Source of the DNA: a bacterium
Lineage (GTDB): Bacteria > UBA8248
Direction: 5' to 3'
Length of the DNA: 64,000 nucleotides
Assembly (NCBI GenBank): GCA_965204535.1
Contig: CBDBEV010000001.1
Coordinates: 256,001 to 320,000, forward strand
Part shown: piece after piece, positions 38,145 through 48,288 of the stretch
Numbering within the stretch: the first letter of the stretch is position 1
How the letters are laid out: every line of letters begins with the position of its first letter
Notes under the pieces: generated by a model
What the model saw: only the letters and a program-made list of their open reading frames with translations
Database searches by the model: none
What the model was told of the DNA's origin: nothing
Program-made: the position numbers and the translations under genes

Positions 38145-41100
38145 GTGGAGTTTACGAGGCGTTTTACACGGGACGGAGATGACGCGTATGGTGAGGTCGG
38201 TTTCGCGCCGCGCACCTCGCGCATCACCAACCCGGACGGTTCGGTCGTCTTCGAAGCGAAGGACATCATGGCGCCGGAGAACTGGTCTCAGGTGGCCGTC
38301 GACATCCTGGCGCAAAAATACTTCCGAAAAGCCGGCGTCCCCGCCCACTCGAAAAAGATTCCCGAAGACGGCGTGCCCGAGTGGCTGCAGCGCTCGGAGC
38401 CGGACACGGAAAAACTCGAATCCCTGCCCGAGGATGAGCAATACGGGAGCGAACAAGACGCACGGGACGTTTTCCACCGCCTGGCGGGATGCTGGACGTA
38501 TTGGGGCTGGAAACACGGTTATTTTCACACCGAAGAGGACGCCAAGGCGTTCTATGAGGAGCTTGTATACATACTCGCGAGCCAGATGGCGGCTCCCAAC
38601 TCGCCGCAGTGGTTCAATACGGGCCTCCACTGGGCCTACGGCATTACGCGCCCCGCACAGGGCCATTTCTATTGCGACCCCGAAACCGGGGAAATACTCC
38701 GCTCCACCAACGCCTATGAACGTCCCCAGCCGCACGCGTGCTTCATCCAATCGGTGAAAGATGATCTCGTCAACGAGGGCGGGATCATGGATTTATGGAC
38801 GCGAGAGGCGCGCATCTTCAAATACGGCTCGGGCACCGGCACGAATTTCACTAGCTTGAGAGCAGAAGGAGAATCTCTCTCGGGAGGCGGAAAAAGCTCC
38901 GGCCTGATGAGTTTCCTCAAGATTGGGGACCGCGCTGCGGGCGCCATCAAGTCGGGCGGCACGACACGCCGCGCGGCGAAAATGGTCACGCTCGATATCG
39001 ATCATCCCGACATCGAGGAATTCATCAACTGGAAGGTGCACGAAGAACAGAAAGTGGCTGCGCTCGTATCGGGCAGCAAGATGTGCAACCGGCACATGAA
39101 CGCCATTCTCGGAGCTTGCCGGGAAGAGAAGAACCTGACCTTGAATGGCAACCTCCATCAACCGGACAAGAACCCTTCACTCGCCAAAGCGATACGCGCC
39201 GCAAGGCTCGCCGGTGTTCCGGACAATTATATTCATCGAACCCTTCAACTCGCGCAGCAAGGCATCACCGAGATCGAGTTCGAGGAATTCGACACGAATT
39301 GGGAAGGCGAGGCCTACGCCTCGGCGTCCGGACAAAACTCGAACAATTCGGTACGTGTTTCAGATAAATTCATGAAAGCCATCGAGAAAAATACGAAGTG
39401 GAACTTGATTCGGCGGACCGATGGTGAAATCGCCGACTCCGTTAGTTCAAAAGAACTTTGGGATCAGATTGGGTATGCGGCGTGGTGTTGCGCAGACCCA
39501 GGCCTTCAATTCGATACGACTATCAACGACTGGCACACGTGCGCCACTGATGGGCGTATCAATGGTTCTAATCCCTGCTCGGAATATATGTTCCTGGATG
39601 ACACCGCATGCAATCTGGCATCCATGAATCTTATGAAATTCCTGGATACTGAAAAGAATCATTTCCAGATAGAAGACTATCGTCATGTCATTCGTCTATT
39701 GACGGTTGTCCTCGAAATTTCCGTGCTCATGGCGCAATTCCCCAGCCCGGAAATAGCCAAACGCTCATTCGAGTATCGTACCCTGGGGCTTGGGTATGCC
39801 AATCTCGGCACTGCGTTAATGGTTCTCGGCATCCCTTACGATTCTCCGGAAGCGGAAGCGTGGTGCGGCGCTCTCACCTCGATCATGACAGGCTGCTCGT
39901 ACGCCACCAGCGCCGAGATGGCCGGAGAACTGGGCGCCTTCGTCAGATATCAAGATAACCAAGAACATATGCTGCGCGTTCTGAGAAACCACCGCCGCGC
40001 AGCTTATTCCGTACCGGAAGCAGAATACGAAATGCTCTCTAAAGCGCCAAACGGAATTGCTGCGGGTATCTGTCCCGATTATCTTCTCCAAGCGGCGCGT
40101 GAAGCGTGGGACGATGCTTTAGCCATCGGCTATCGAAACGGCTACCGGAACGCACAAGCCACAGTTATCGCGCCGACAGGCACCATTGGTTTGGTGATGG
40201 ATTGTGACACAACGGGAATCGAACCGGATTTTGCCTTGGTGAAATTCAAAAAACTGGCCGGAGGCGGTTATTTCAAGATCATCAACCAATCCGTTCCCGT
40301 TGCCTTGCGGCATCTGGGCTATGACGATGAAGAGGTCCGCGAAATCGTCGCCTATTGCCGAGGGCGGGGCACCCTCACGAATGCGCCTCATATCAATCTA
40401 GAGTCTTTGCATGAGAAAGGGTTTACGAGCAAGGCTCTGGAAAAAGTGGAAGCCGCGCTCGAAGGGGCGTTTGAAATCCAGTTTGCCTTCAACAAGTACT
40501 CCCTCGGTGAAGACTTCTGTCGTGAGCAATTAGGACTCAGTGAATCGCAGATAAGCGACTGGAATCTGAATCTGCTCGAAGCCATTGGTTTCACTCACGA
40601 GCAAATCAGCGAAGCGAATGATTTCGTTTGCGGGAAAATGACGCTTGAGGGCGCGCCCCACCTGAAAGAAGAGCACTTGGCCGTTTTTGATTGCGCAAGC
40701 AAATGCGGGCGCGAAGGCAAACGCTTCATCAGCCCCATGGCGCACGTCCGGATGATGGCGGCGGCGCAGCCTTTCATATCAGGCGCCATCAGCAAAACCA
40801 TCAACATGCCCGCGGAATCAACGATCCAAGATATTTTGGACATCTACCACGAATCGTGGCAGCGGATGACAAAAGCCATTGCGATTTACCGCGATGGCTC
40901 GAAACTAAGCCAACCCCTTTCCGCGCAAAGCGAAGCGGAACTCTTCGCTGACATCAATGAGGAAGAACCAGCTGCCCAAAGCGCTCCCGTGCACGTAGCT
41001 CAGCAGATTGTGCGCCGGATCATTTACCAATCCAGAAGACGCAAGTTGCCTACCCGCCGTGGTGGATACACACAAAAAGCCGTCATCGGTGGACACAAGG

Positions 41101-41735
41101 TATATCTTAGAACCGGAGAATACGAGGATGGCTCTATCGGCGAAATTTTCATAGATATGCACAAAGAAGGCGCCGCCTTCAGAAGCCTCATGAACTGTTT
41201 CGCCATCGCAATTTCGCTGGGTCTCCAGCACGGCGTCCCTCTGGATGAATTCGTGGATGCCTTCGTCTTCACACGTTTCGAGCCCGGGGGAGCGGTTTCA
41301 GGAAACCCGCACATCAAGATGAGCACCTCCATCATCGATTACATCTTCCGTGAGTTGGCAGTTTCATATCTCGGTCGCCACGATCTTGCACAAGTCGTGT
41401 CGGAGGATTTGAGGAGCGACACGATTGGACGCCCTCAGGAAGAGATCCCGGAATTCGACACCGAAGAAGAAGAGGAGATTCAAACGGTATTCCCGGGACC
41501 GGATGCGAGTGCACCACGCAGTGACCGGATAAGTCTGAATTATGAGAAAGAATCCACCATCGCTTCGTTGGCGCCTATAGCAGAAGCAGGCTCCGCTCTA
41601 GATACCCGAATCGAAGAAGCCCGCGCCAAAGGGTATGAGGGTGAGGCATGTGGCGATTGTGGTTCATTCACCTTGGTGCGAAACGGCACGTGTCTGAAGT
41701 GTATGACTTGCGGCGCAACGAGTGGGTGTTCTTGA
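38145..41735 (+). CDS. nrdJ: Class II (adenosylcobalamin-dependent) ribonucleotide reductase with C-terminal TSCPD/Zn-ribbon region
   Basis: [61 protein letters not shown]...[14 protein letters not shown]; GTG start after GGAG. Confidence 0.96.
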   Translation: MEFTRRFTRDGDDAYGEVGFAPRTSRITNPDGSVVFEAKDIMAPENWSQVAVDILAQKYFRKAGVPAHSKKIPEDGVPEWLQRSEPDTEKLESLPEDEQYGSEQDARDVFHRLAGCWTYWGWKHGYFHTEEDAKAFYEELVYILASQMAAPNSPQWFNTGLHWAYGITRPAQGHFYCDPETGEILRSTNAYERPQPHACFIQSVKDDLVNEGGIMDLWTREARIFKYGSGTGTNFTSLRAEGESLSGGGKSSGLMSFLKIGDRAAGAIKSGGTTRRAAKMVTLDIDHPDIEEFINWKVHEEQKVAALVSGSKMCNRHMNAILGACREEKNLTLNGNLHQPDKNPSLAKAIRAARLAGVPDNYIHRTLQLAQQGITEIEFEEFDTNWEGEAYASASGQNSNNSVRVSDKFMKAIEKNTKWNLIRRTDGEIADSVSSKELWDQIGYAAWCCADPGLQFDTTINDWHTCATDGRINGSNPCSEYMFLDDTACNLASMNLMKFLDTEKNHFQIEDYRHVIRLLTVVLEISVLMAQFPSPEIAKRSFEYRTLGLGYANLGTALMVLGIPYDSPEAEAWCGALTSIMTGCSYATSAEMAGELGAFVRYQDNQEHMLRVLRNHRRAAYSVPEAEYEMLSKAPNGIAAGICPDYLLQAAREAWDDALAIGYRNGYRNAQATVIAPTGTIGLVMDCDTTGIEPDFALVKFKKLAGGGYFKIINQSVPVALRHLGYDDEEVREIVAYCRGRGTLTNAPHINLESLHEKGFTSKALEKVEAALEGAFEIQFAFNKYSLGEDFCREQLGLSESQISDWNLNLLEAIGFTHEQISEANDFVCGKMTLEGAPHLKEEHLAVFDCASKCGREGKRFISPMAHVRMMAAAQPFISGAISKTINMPAESTIQDILDIYHESWQRMTKAIAIYRDGSKLSQPLSAQSEAELFADINEEEPAAQSAPVHVAQQIVRRIIYQSRRRKLPTRRGGYTQKAVIGGHKVYLRTGEYEDGSIGEIFIDMHKEGAAFRSLMNCFAIAISLGLQHGVPLDEFVDAFVFTRFEPGGAVSGNPHIKMSTSIIDYIFRELAVSYLGRHDLAQVVSEDLRSDTIGRPQEEIPEFDTEEEEEIQTVFPGPDASAPRSDRISLNYEKESTIASLAPIAEAGSALDTRIEEARAKGYEGEACGDCGSFTLVRNGTCLKCMTCGATSGCS

Positions 41736-41752
41736 AATTATTTACCCGTCGT

Positions 41753-41988
41753 GGGGGAAACGGGCGGACTCTGCGACGGGACGAGAGCCGGGGGAAAATC
41801 CTCGGAGGGTTATCCCCCGGCTCTCACCAAAATCAGGATTGGGAGTAGAGGATAATGCACCTCAGGGGTTGAGTCCTCGGCTCCTGTTTCAAGTCAAAAG
41901 CAATTCCCTGCTGCGGGGGAAACGGGCGGACTCTGCGGCAGGTCGAGAGCCGGTGAAGTCTCCTAGGGGGAGTTCTTCATCGGCTCTC
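41753..41988 (+). repeat. Two tandem copies of a ~73-nt leader-plus-hairpin unit (candidate structured ncRNA)
   Basis: Identical 23-mer GGGGGAAACGGGCGGACTCTGCG at 41753 and 41915, each followed by a GAGAGCCGG...CGGCTCTC long stem. Confidence 0.8.
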
Positions 41989-41998
41989 CCTATTTTAC

Positions 41999-42027
41999 TT
42001 GACACCCGAAGCTCCTTCGCCTACCTT
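41999..42027 (+). promoter_or_regulatory. Sigma70 promoter of the tRNA gene
   Basis: TTGACA-N17-TACCTT ending 15 nt before the tRNA. Confidence 0.65.
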
Positions 42028-42041
42028 CAAGTTCCTTTTGT

Positions 42042-42117
42042 GGGGGTGTAGCTCAGATGGGAGAGCGCGTGGATCGCACCCACGAGGTCAGGGGTTCGAA
42101 TCCCCTCACCTCCACCA
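42042..42117 (+). tRNA. tRNA-Ala(CGC)
   Basis: 76 nt; GGGGGTG/CACCTCC acceptor stem with G3:U70, CGTGG/CCACG anticodon stem with CGC, GGTTCGAATCC T-arm, encoded CCA. Confidence 0.96.
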
Positions 42118-42126
42118 TTGAAACCC

Positions 42127-42972
42127 TCACGCATTGAGCATGGCGTGAGCCGCCTCCCGCGTCCGCATGCCTTCTCGCACCCCACGCTTTTCGGCTACTT
42201 CATTCATACATGAAATGATGCCGTCCTCCCATGTGCTCATCACCTCGCCAATGCGCGCGCTCATGGCGCCGACCGCCGCCACGGCTATCCCCTCTCGCGA
42301 CAGATAGGGAAAAGACGCGATACCAGAATCATCTTTCCCCCGGCCCGCATCATTCGCAATTACACCCTTCAGATTAAGCTCCATAACATGAGGGACGAGA
42401 GTAAGTCCGCAATGTGATGCCTGGATAAAGACATCATCTGGCCTTGGTTCTTTGATGGAACGCAGGACGGGAATACCCCATGAAGCGCGTATATTGCCAT
42501 TAGGCAAATGCTCTAGTTCATAAATTCTATCATCAAGACTTTCCTCCACAGTCACTTTCCGGCCCATCTCGGCATCGAGCAAATGATTCGAAGCTTCAGC
42601 AATCGACTGACCGATTTCAACACCAAGACTTCGAGCTGCCTGATTCGCATGGCCGACTTTGCCTTCATACACGGATTCTCCCGCGGCGAGACTCGCGGAC
42701 ATGGTCTCACACGCCAACGCAGGCACATGATATTCCTGAGCCAAAGACAAGCCGCTGATCCCCGCATCATCCTTCCCGACTCCCGCTGCATGGGCAACTA
42801 TTGCTCTCGCACCCAGCCGCATTGCCCAGGAAATCGTCATTCGTGCGGCGTAAGAACCTCCAATGAGAACGTCCCTTTCCCCAACCCTTTCGTCAAAATA
42901 CGTCATCGAATCCGCTGAGAGGATACGTCCCCGCATGTCTTCATGGTGAATCGTGTGTTCGTCCGTAGCCAT
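42127..42972 (-). CDS. Uncharacterised protein built from two homologous halves
   Basis: AHAAGVGKDDAGISGL...MSA...GVEIG and ANDAGRGKDDSGIASF...MSA...GVREG. Confidence 0.75.
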   Translation of the reverse strand: MATDEHTIHHEDMRGRILSADSMTYFDERVGERDVLIGGSYAARMTISWAMRLGARAIVAHAAGVGKDDAGISGLSLAQEYHVPALACETMSASLAAGESVYEGKVGHANQAARSLGVEIGQSIAEASNHLLDAEMGRKVTVEESLDDRIYELEHLPNGNIRASWGIPVLRSIKEPRPDDVFIQASHCGLTLVPHVMELNLKGVIANDAGRGKDDSGIASFPYLSREGIAVAAVGAMSARIGEVMSTWEDGIISCMNEVAEKRGVREGMRTREAAHAMLNA

Positions 42973-43028
42973 CACATTTTCTTTCCCGATTCATGAAGGA
43001 AAACACATATCCTGCAAAAATTTCAGGA

Positions 43029-43065
43029 CAAAAGAAACGCCCGGCCGATACTTCAACCGGGCGTT
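43029..43065 (-). terminator. Rho-independent terminator after the small acidic ORF
   Basis: Minus strand AACGCCCGG...CCGGGCGTT followed by TCTTTT. Confidence 0.7.
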
Positions 43066-43087
43066 GAATCCTTTCTTAAAAGAAACA

Positions 43088-43255
43088 CTATTCTACAGCA
43101 GGAGCATTCCCCCCTTCGCCGTCACTCAAAATATAGAAATCATCAGCTACACCTTTGTCAGACACACCATAGTCCACATCGCTTGGCAGCACATCTCCAG
43201 ATTCTGCAAAAAACTCGTGATCCAAAACGACATCACTATCTCTTAACTCGATCAT
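43088..43255 (-). CDS. Small acidic protein (55 aa), below the ORF-track cutoff
   Basis: MIELRDSDVVLDHEFFAESGDVLPSDVDYGVSDKGVADDFYILSDGEGGNAPAVE; GAGG upstream of ATG, terminator downstream. Confidence 0.55.
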   Translation of the reverse strand: MIELRDSDVVLDHEFFAESGDVLPSDVDYGVSDKGVADDFYILSDGEGGNAPAVE

Positions 43256-43602
43256 TTCATCCTCATCCTACGGGCGGCTTTATGCAAATTTACCCGGGCT
43301 TTGCCACAGGCAACATCACAAAGCGGGCGAGTATACAGAAATCGTTAAAAAAAGCAACCTTTTCTATATCTAAGCCCTTATTTTTCAACCAATAAAATAT
43401 GTTATTCAAAGCAAATTCTTGCATTGTTGCCGGGTGTGCGCGTGAACTGTCAACTTTTCGAGGAGGGCGAAGAACGGAAGCCGGAAAGATGAGTTTCAGA
43501 TGACCATGTCTGGGATATTATTTGTATGCGAGCGCGTACACCGAGCCTACACGAAACGACCGAAGGCTCGCCCGATAAATGTTTTAGGCAACAGGCCTGT
43601 GT

Positions 43603-44268
43603 CTAGGCCATGTCTTGCGCTTGAAATTCGATGCGTCCTCCGGGCGGTTCCACCACAAGGTGAAGCGCCTCGGCCAATCTCCCGGAAAGATGCCACATAC
43701 CACAAATAAAAGTGAGTTCCACGATTTGCCGATTGGAAAAATATTTCTTCATCTCATTGAATGCGAAATCGTTATTCTTCGCCTTGAATTTCGATACTTC
43801 ATCCGCCCATCGGATGACGGCTTTTTCCTTGTCGTCGAACAAATGGCTGTCTTTCCAGTCATCGCCTTCCAACAGATTGATTTGATCCTGGGTAAGACCC
43901 AGAGCTCGACCGAGCTCCACGTTGTGCCCGATTCAGTTGTTGCACTCCGTCAAGATGGCCGTTTTAACGATGACAAGCTCCATGAGGCGGATATAATCGG
44001 ACTCCGTCTTCAATCGATTCGTGCGCAGCTTTTGGTCGAGCAACATCCATCCCTCCACGGTGGGGGGCGAATTTCCCAAAAGCTGCAAAAAGCGTGGGAC
44101 TGTGCCCCACATCCGTTTCGACCAATCATAGAGCGGAGCGAGTTCCTCCTTGAGTTCTTCAGGAATGTTTTCAGGATCCACAAAGGGTAGCCTTGGCAAA
44201 GGACACGCCATCATCTCTTCGGTCACGCCCAAACTATCCGGCAAACTAGTTCCTTCGTCCACAGACAT
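43603..44268 (-). CDS. AhpD/carboxymuconolactone decarboxylase-family protein, probable selenoprotein (UGA at 43933-43935)
   Basis: In-frame join ELVIVKTAILTE-CNN-U-IGHNVELGRALG; C-terminal EKAVIRWADEV...FSNRQIVELT; GAGGAG RBS at MSVDEG. Confidence 0.85.
43902..43917 (-). promoter_or_regulatory. Candidate SECIS apical hairpin
   Basis: GAGCTC-GGTC-GAGCTC starting 15 nt after the in-frame UGA. Confidence 0.65.
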
Positions 44269-44299
44269 TGGGTTCTCCTCGAAAAGTGGGATAGGTAAT

Positions 44300-46549
44300 T
44301 TATGCGCTGTTCGTAACCAAAACCTCTCGAATATGATGCGGGCCAACAGGCAATGAAAAAACAGGTACTCCCACAGCGTCTTGTATGGCATTCACAATCG
44401 CCGCCGCAGTCGCCACAATGGGAGGTTCACCCACACCCCGCATCCCGTAAGGTGTGCCCTCGGCCGGGTTGTCATACAAAACGGCTTTCAGTTCAGGCAT
44501 ATCCATGCTGGTAGGTATGAGATATTCGTGGAAGGTATCTCCGTGCAGGTTTCCATCTGGACGTCTGGGCTGCTCCTCCATGAGGGCCAATCCAAGTCCC
44601 TGGATCATGGCGCCTTCAATCTGTCCAATGACAGACAATGGATTGATGGCGAATCCAACGTCCTGCACACATGTGAGTCGCAAAACCCTGATTTCCCCAA
44701 GTTCGGGATTTACGGCCACATCCGCTATCTGGCCGGTATGTATCGGACATGGAGGCGGCTTCGCGCTTTCACCTTGTCCAATCAAAAATCCCTGAATTTC
44801 AGGCGCCGCCTTGGCTACCTGCGCAAGTGACAAGGCACGATCGGGAGCCGAAGACACTTTGACTTGCCCATCTTCCAATATCAGATCGTCCGCAGCGGCT
44901 TCGAGCTTTATACTCGCCACATTCAAAATCTTACTTCGCAAATCACGCGCAGCACTCAAGGTAGCCATTCCCACCGCACGCGTCGCCTTGCTTCCCGATG
45001 CTGCCGATGATTCAGGTACAGAATCCGTATCTCCGTTCGTATAACGCACCTCATCTAAACTTACGCCCAATTCCTCTGCGGCGAGTTGGCATATGGAAGT
45101 GCTCATGCCAGTAAGATTCACCGTTCCTGCTACCACTTGTACTGTGCCGTCTTGGTTTAGGCGAACCGTGCAACTAGACGCCTCTCCAGGCCCCGGCCAA
45201 TATCCGCAAGCAATTCCGCGACCAAGTTTCCATCCAGCTCCCTCGATTTCTCCGTTAGCCTCAATCTTCTTGCCCCATTTTCCTTCCACGGCCGTTGAGT
45301 CGAGCACGCTACGCATGGATGGATTTTGCTCCTTTCCAGCCAGTGTCTCATCTCCTGGCCGAAGGGAGTTAATTCGCCTAATTTCGAGTGGGTCAATCCC
45401 CATCTCGCGCGCGATGATGTCCATCTGCACTTCTGTGGCAAAGTGGTACTGAGGTCCGCTAGGAGCACGCACGGGACCGCAAACAGGGCCATTGGTATAC
45501 ACCGTACATGCACGAATTCTGACATTGGGAATACGATATGAGCATGAACCCATAAGCATCTTGCTACTGCACTGGAACGGCGCGCCACGGCCATAGGCTC
45601 CATGATCCATCGTGACATCAAGTTCGCGAGCGACAAACGTACCGTCATTCTTAACCGCTGTGCGTATCGTGATGAAATGAGGGTGCCTCGGATTCACACC
45701 GATGTGATCTTCCTCGCGGGTCATCTCCATGCGAACAGCTTGATCAGTCTTCAAAGCCAAAAGTGCGGCGATATGCTCATAAGTGCTCTTCAGCTTTGCG
45801 CCAAAACCTCCCCCGATTTCAGTAGGAATAACACGAACATGTGTTGCCGGAAGTCCAAGTGCCTCGGCTACATCTGCGCGAATTGCCCAAGCATCCTGCG
45901 TAGTTGTCCAGATTGTGACCTTCCCGTCGGTACCAGCCTCAGCAGTGCATGCATGGGGTTCAATATAACCGGCATGTACGAAGGGCGTGGAAAAGGTATG
46001 TTCAAAAATACGATCCGCCTCTTTGAGCCCATCGTCGACATCTCCAATTTCTTTTTCAAAACGGGCGATGATGTTTTTGTCCGCATTCGGGCCCAGTCCT
46101 AAATCTCGCCAATCTTCATGAACAGCAAGACCTTTGCCGGCACGGCTATCCAAGCCGTTCACTACCGGCTCAAGAACTTCATATTCCACGCGAATCAATT
46201 CGAGGGCTTCTTGGGCGGTATCCATATCTTCGGCGGCCACGGCAGCCACCGGTTCACCGCCATATCGAACAAAACCATCCTGCGCAAACCAACTCTGATC
46301 CTTGATATTGGCGCCGAACCGGATTCGGGGAGCTTCGTCTCGCGTCACGACTGCACGGACGCCAGGTATTTTGCGCGCCTCGTTCGCATCCACGTTTAAC
46401 ACTTTCGCATACGGATGCGGGCTGCCTAAAACGAGACCGATGAGTGAGCGACTCGACGGGATGTCAGCTGCATACTTGGCGCTTCCAGCCACTTTGTCCG
46501 GGGCATCGATTCGGGTGAGGCCCATACCTGCTACTTTATAGTCTGTCAT
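44300..46549 (-). CDS. Xanthine dehydrogenase-family molybdopterin-binding subunit
   Basis: KVAGSAKYAAD, IEPH, IGGGFGAK, RHP, VRAPSGPQ, QIEGAMIQGLG, GVGEPP. Confidence 0.92.
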   Translation of the reverse strand: MTDYKVAGMGLTRIDAPDKVAGSAKYAADIPSSRSLIGLVLGSPHPYAKVLNVDANEARKIPGVRAVVTRDEAPRIRFGANIKDQSWFAQDGFVRYGGEPVAAVAAEDMDTAQEALELIRVEYEVLEPVVNGLDSRAGKGLAVHEDWRDLGLGPNADKNIIARFEKEIGDVDDGLKEADRIFEHTFSTPFVHAGYIEPHACTAEAGTDGKVTIWTTTQDAWAIRADVAEALGLPATHVRVIPTEIGGGFGAKLKSTYEHIAALLALKTDQAVRMEMTREEDHIGVNPRHPHFITIRTAVKNDGTFVARELDVTMDHGAYGRGAPFQCSSKMLMGSCSYRIPNVRIRACTVYTNGPVCGPVRAPSGPQYHFATEVQMDIIAREMGIDPLEIRRINSLRPGDETLAGKEQNPSMRSVLDSTAVEGKWGKKIEANGEIEGAGWKLGRGIACGYWPGPGEASSCTVRLNQDGTVQVVAGTVNLTGMSTSICQLAAEELGVSLDEVRYTNGDTDSVPESSAASGSKATRAVGMATLSAARDLRSKILNVASIKLEAAADDLILEDGQVKVSSAPDRALSLAQVAKAAPEIQGFLIGQGESAKPPPCPIHTGQIADVAVNPELGEIRVLRLTCVQDVGFAINPLSVIGQIEGAMIQGLGLALMEEQPRRPDGNLHGDTFHEYLIPTSMDMPELKAVLYDNPAEGTPYGMRGVGEPPIVATAAAIVNAIQDAVGVPVFSLPVGPHHIREVLVTNSA

Positions 46550-46654
46550 TTACACCTCATAGAAAAATATAATTTAACCCATTGGAAATTTCTGTGACTC
46601 ATGAATCATTTAATACCAAGTCCACCTAACGCACAAATTTACTCACAAGTTTGT

Positions 46655-47056
46655 TTATTCAGGCACATCGGATGGTCTCGTGCCAAAGGTGGCTCGAATT
46701 TTAGTTTTGATATTCCCCCGCACATTAAAATCGCCTTCAATCCAGACCCACTTCGGCTCACATACTTCAACCAAGTCATCAAGTATAGTGCTGACCACCT
46801 GCTCGTGAAAAATTTCTCGCTCTCTGAAATTATTGATGTAGAGTTTCAAGGATTTCAACTCTACTATCTTTTCTCCAGGAACATATTTAATACGAATGGT
46901 GGCGAAGTCGGGAAAATTGCTGATCGGGCAAAGGCAGGTGAATTCGGGAATAGTAAAATCGACTACGTAATCTCGTTGCCTTGAAGGATTCGGAACGGCT
47001 TCAAGGTTCGCCTCTGCAATCATCCTCGCGCCATACTTCATCTCGCCTCGAGGCAT
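46655..47056 (-). CDS. queF: NADPH-dependent preQ0 reductase (type 1)
   Basis: PEFTCLCP...PDFA, VELKSLKLY, FHE, FNVRG. Confidence 0.95.
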   Translation of the reverse strand: MPRGEMKYGARMIAEANLEAVPNPSRQRDYVVDFTIPEFTCLCPISNFPDFATIRIKYVPGEKIVELKSLKLYINNFREREIFHEQVVSTILDDLVEVCEPKWVWIEGDFNVRGNIKTKIRATFGTRPSDVPE

Positions 47057-47061
47057 TTTCG

Positions 47062-48114
47062 TTATTCTCCAGGAGTCAGATTCACCAGCAGGGCGCCATC
47101 TTTTCGGGCTACAAACGTATCGTGCGCTTCCTGGTATTCTTTAAGGGGGAACCGATGGGTGATGTATGGATCCACCTTCATTCTGCCTGCACGAATGAGC
47201 GCCAAAACCTCATCTCCGCAATTGGGGTTCGCTCGAACGCCAAAAATATCCATCTCTTCGAGCACAACGCGTTTCCATGCCATATCAGGAATGTTTTCCG
47301 GTATGCCGGTAATGGCGACACGCGCGCCTTTGCCACCACAATCCACACTCCATCTAAAGCTATCCGTGGTCCCAGCCGTCTCCAACACCACGTTTGCTTT
47401 TCTCCCGCTCGTCATCTCGTCTATTCGTTCCGGCACACCACCATCCCGGTAACTGACTACTTCAGCGCCTTGTTCCTCTAATATCTCAAGTCTCCGGCCA
47501 CCACCCACGACAATCACGCGCCCTGCGCCCATTGCTTTGGCTGACTCATAAGCAAAAACACCGATGGGACCAGAACCCAATATCACGACAGTATCACCAG
47601 GGTTGACGCCTGCGCGTTTCGCCGTCCATAACCCGCAACCGGCCGGATCTACGGCTGAGCCATGCTCAAAAGACATCCCCTCCGGCATCTTGTGCAGCGC
47701 GCGTATATTGTTTGTCACATACTCCGCATATGAGCCTTGCGTAATATGACCATATTGTCTGTGCCCCGTAACCGTATTTCCATAATTGTAGCAGAGGTTG
47801 TAGCGGCCGATCAGACACATGCGACAGGCGCCGCACCCTGCATGGCTCGTACCCGCCACGGCATCACCCATCTCAAGACCGAATCCCTCGGTCATCGGAC
47901 CCATCGCCACGATTCTGCCGGCCCATTCGTGACCCAGGATAGCCGGGAGTTGAGGAGGCCAGTTGGGAAGGTGACCGCCTTTGATGATTTCAATATCCGT
48001 TCCACAAATCGTTGTGCATTCTACTTTTACCAGTACCTCTCCGATATCCGGTTCGGGAACGGGAACAGATTGAATTTCAAGATTCTCGGGAGCAGTCATC
48101 ACAACCGCTTCCAT
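47062..48114 (-). CDS. Zn-dependent alcohol dehydrogenase (MDR family)
   Basis: ICGTD, GHEWAG, CGACRMC...NLC, GSGPIG, ITHRFPL. Confidence 0.92.
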   Translation of the reverse strand: MEAVVMTAPENLEIQSVPVPEPDIGEVLVKVECTTICGTDIEIIKGGHLPNWPPQLPAILGHEWAGRIVAMGPMTEGFGLEMGDAVAGTSHAGCGACRMCLIGRYNLCYNYGNTVTGHRQYGHITQGSYAEYVTNNIRALHKMPEGMSFEHGSAVDPAGCGLWTAKRAGVNPGDTVVILGSGPIGVFAYESAKAMGAGRVIVVGGGRRLEILEEQGAEVVSYRDGGVPERIDEMTSGRKANVVLETAGTTDSFRWSVDCGGKGARVAITGIPENIPDMAWKRVVLEEMDIFGVRANPNCGDEVLALIRAGRMKVDPYITHRFPLKEYQEAHDTFVARKDGALLVNLTPGE

Positions 48115-48288
48115 CTTCTCTCCTATCTCTTCGCCATAACGCACATCGACCCTTGAGGACATAAAATCAAATTTTCCTTCATCCATTTGTCCGCGAGATT
48201 CAATTGATGGAATGAATGCAACATTTCCTGGAAATCAATTACAAACTTTCCGCAAACTGAACAAACGATTAAACTTAATGGCCCCAAA

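Noticed and set aside
38145-41735. Intein or intron in nrdJ
   Set aside because: Continuous ORF of normal length for this subtype; no splice-junction or homing-endonuclease motifs seen
41753-41988. CRISPR array
   Set aside because: Only two repeat copies, a 162-nt period, self-complementary intervening sequence and no cas genes
46655-47056. queF as part of a 7-deazaguanine DNA-modification (dpd) system
   Set aside because: No dpdA/tgt-like or other que genes nearby; a lone queF fits tRNA queuosine synthesis
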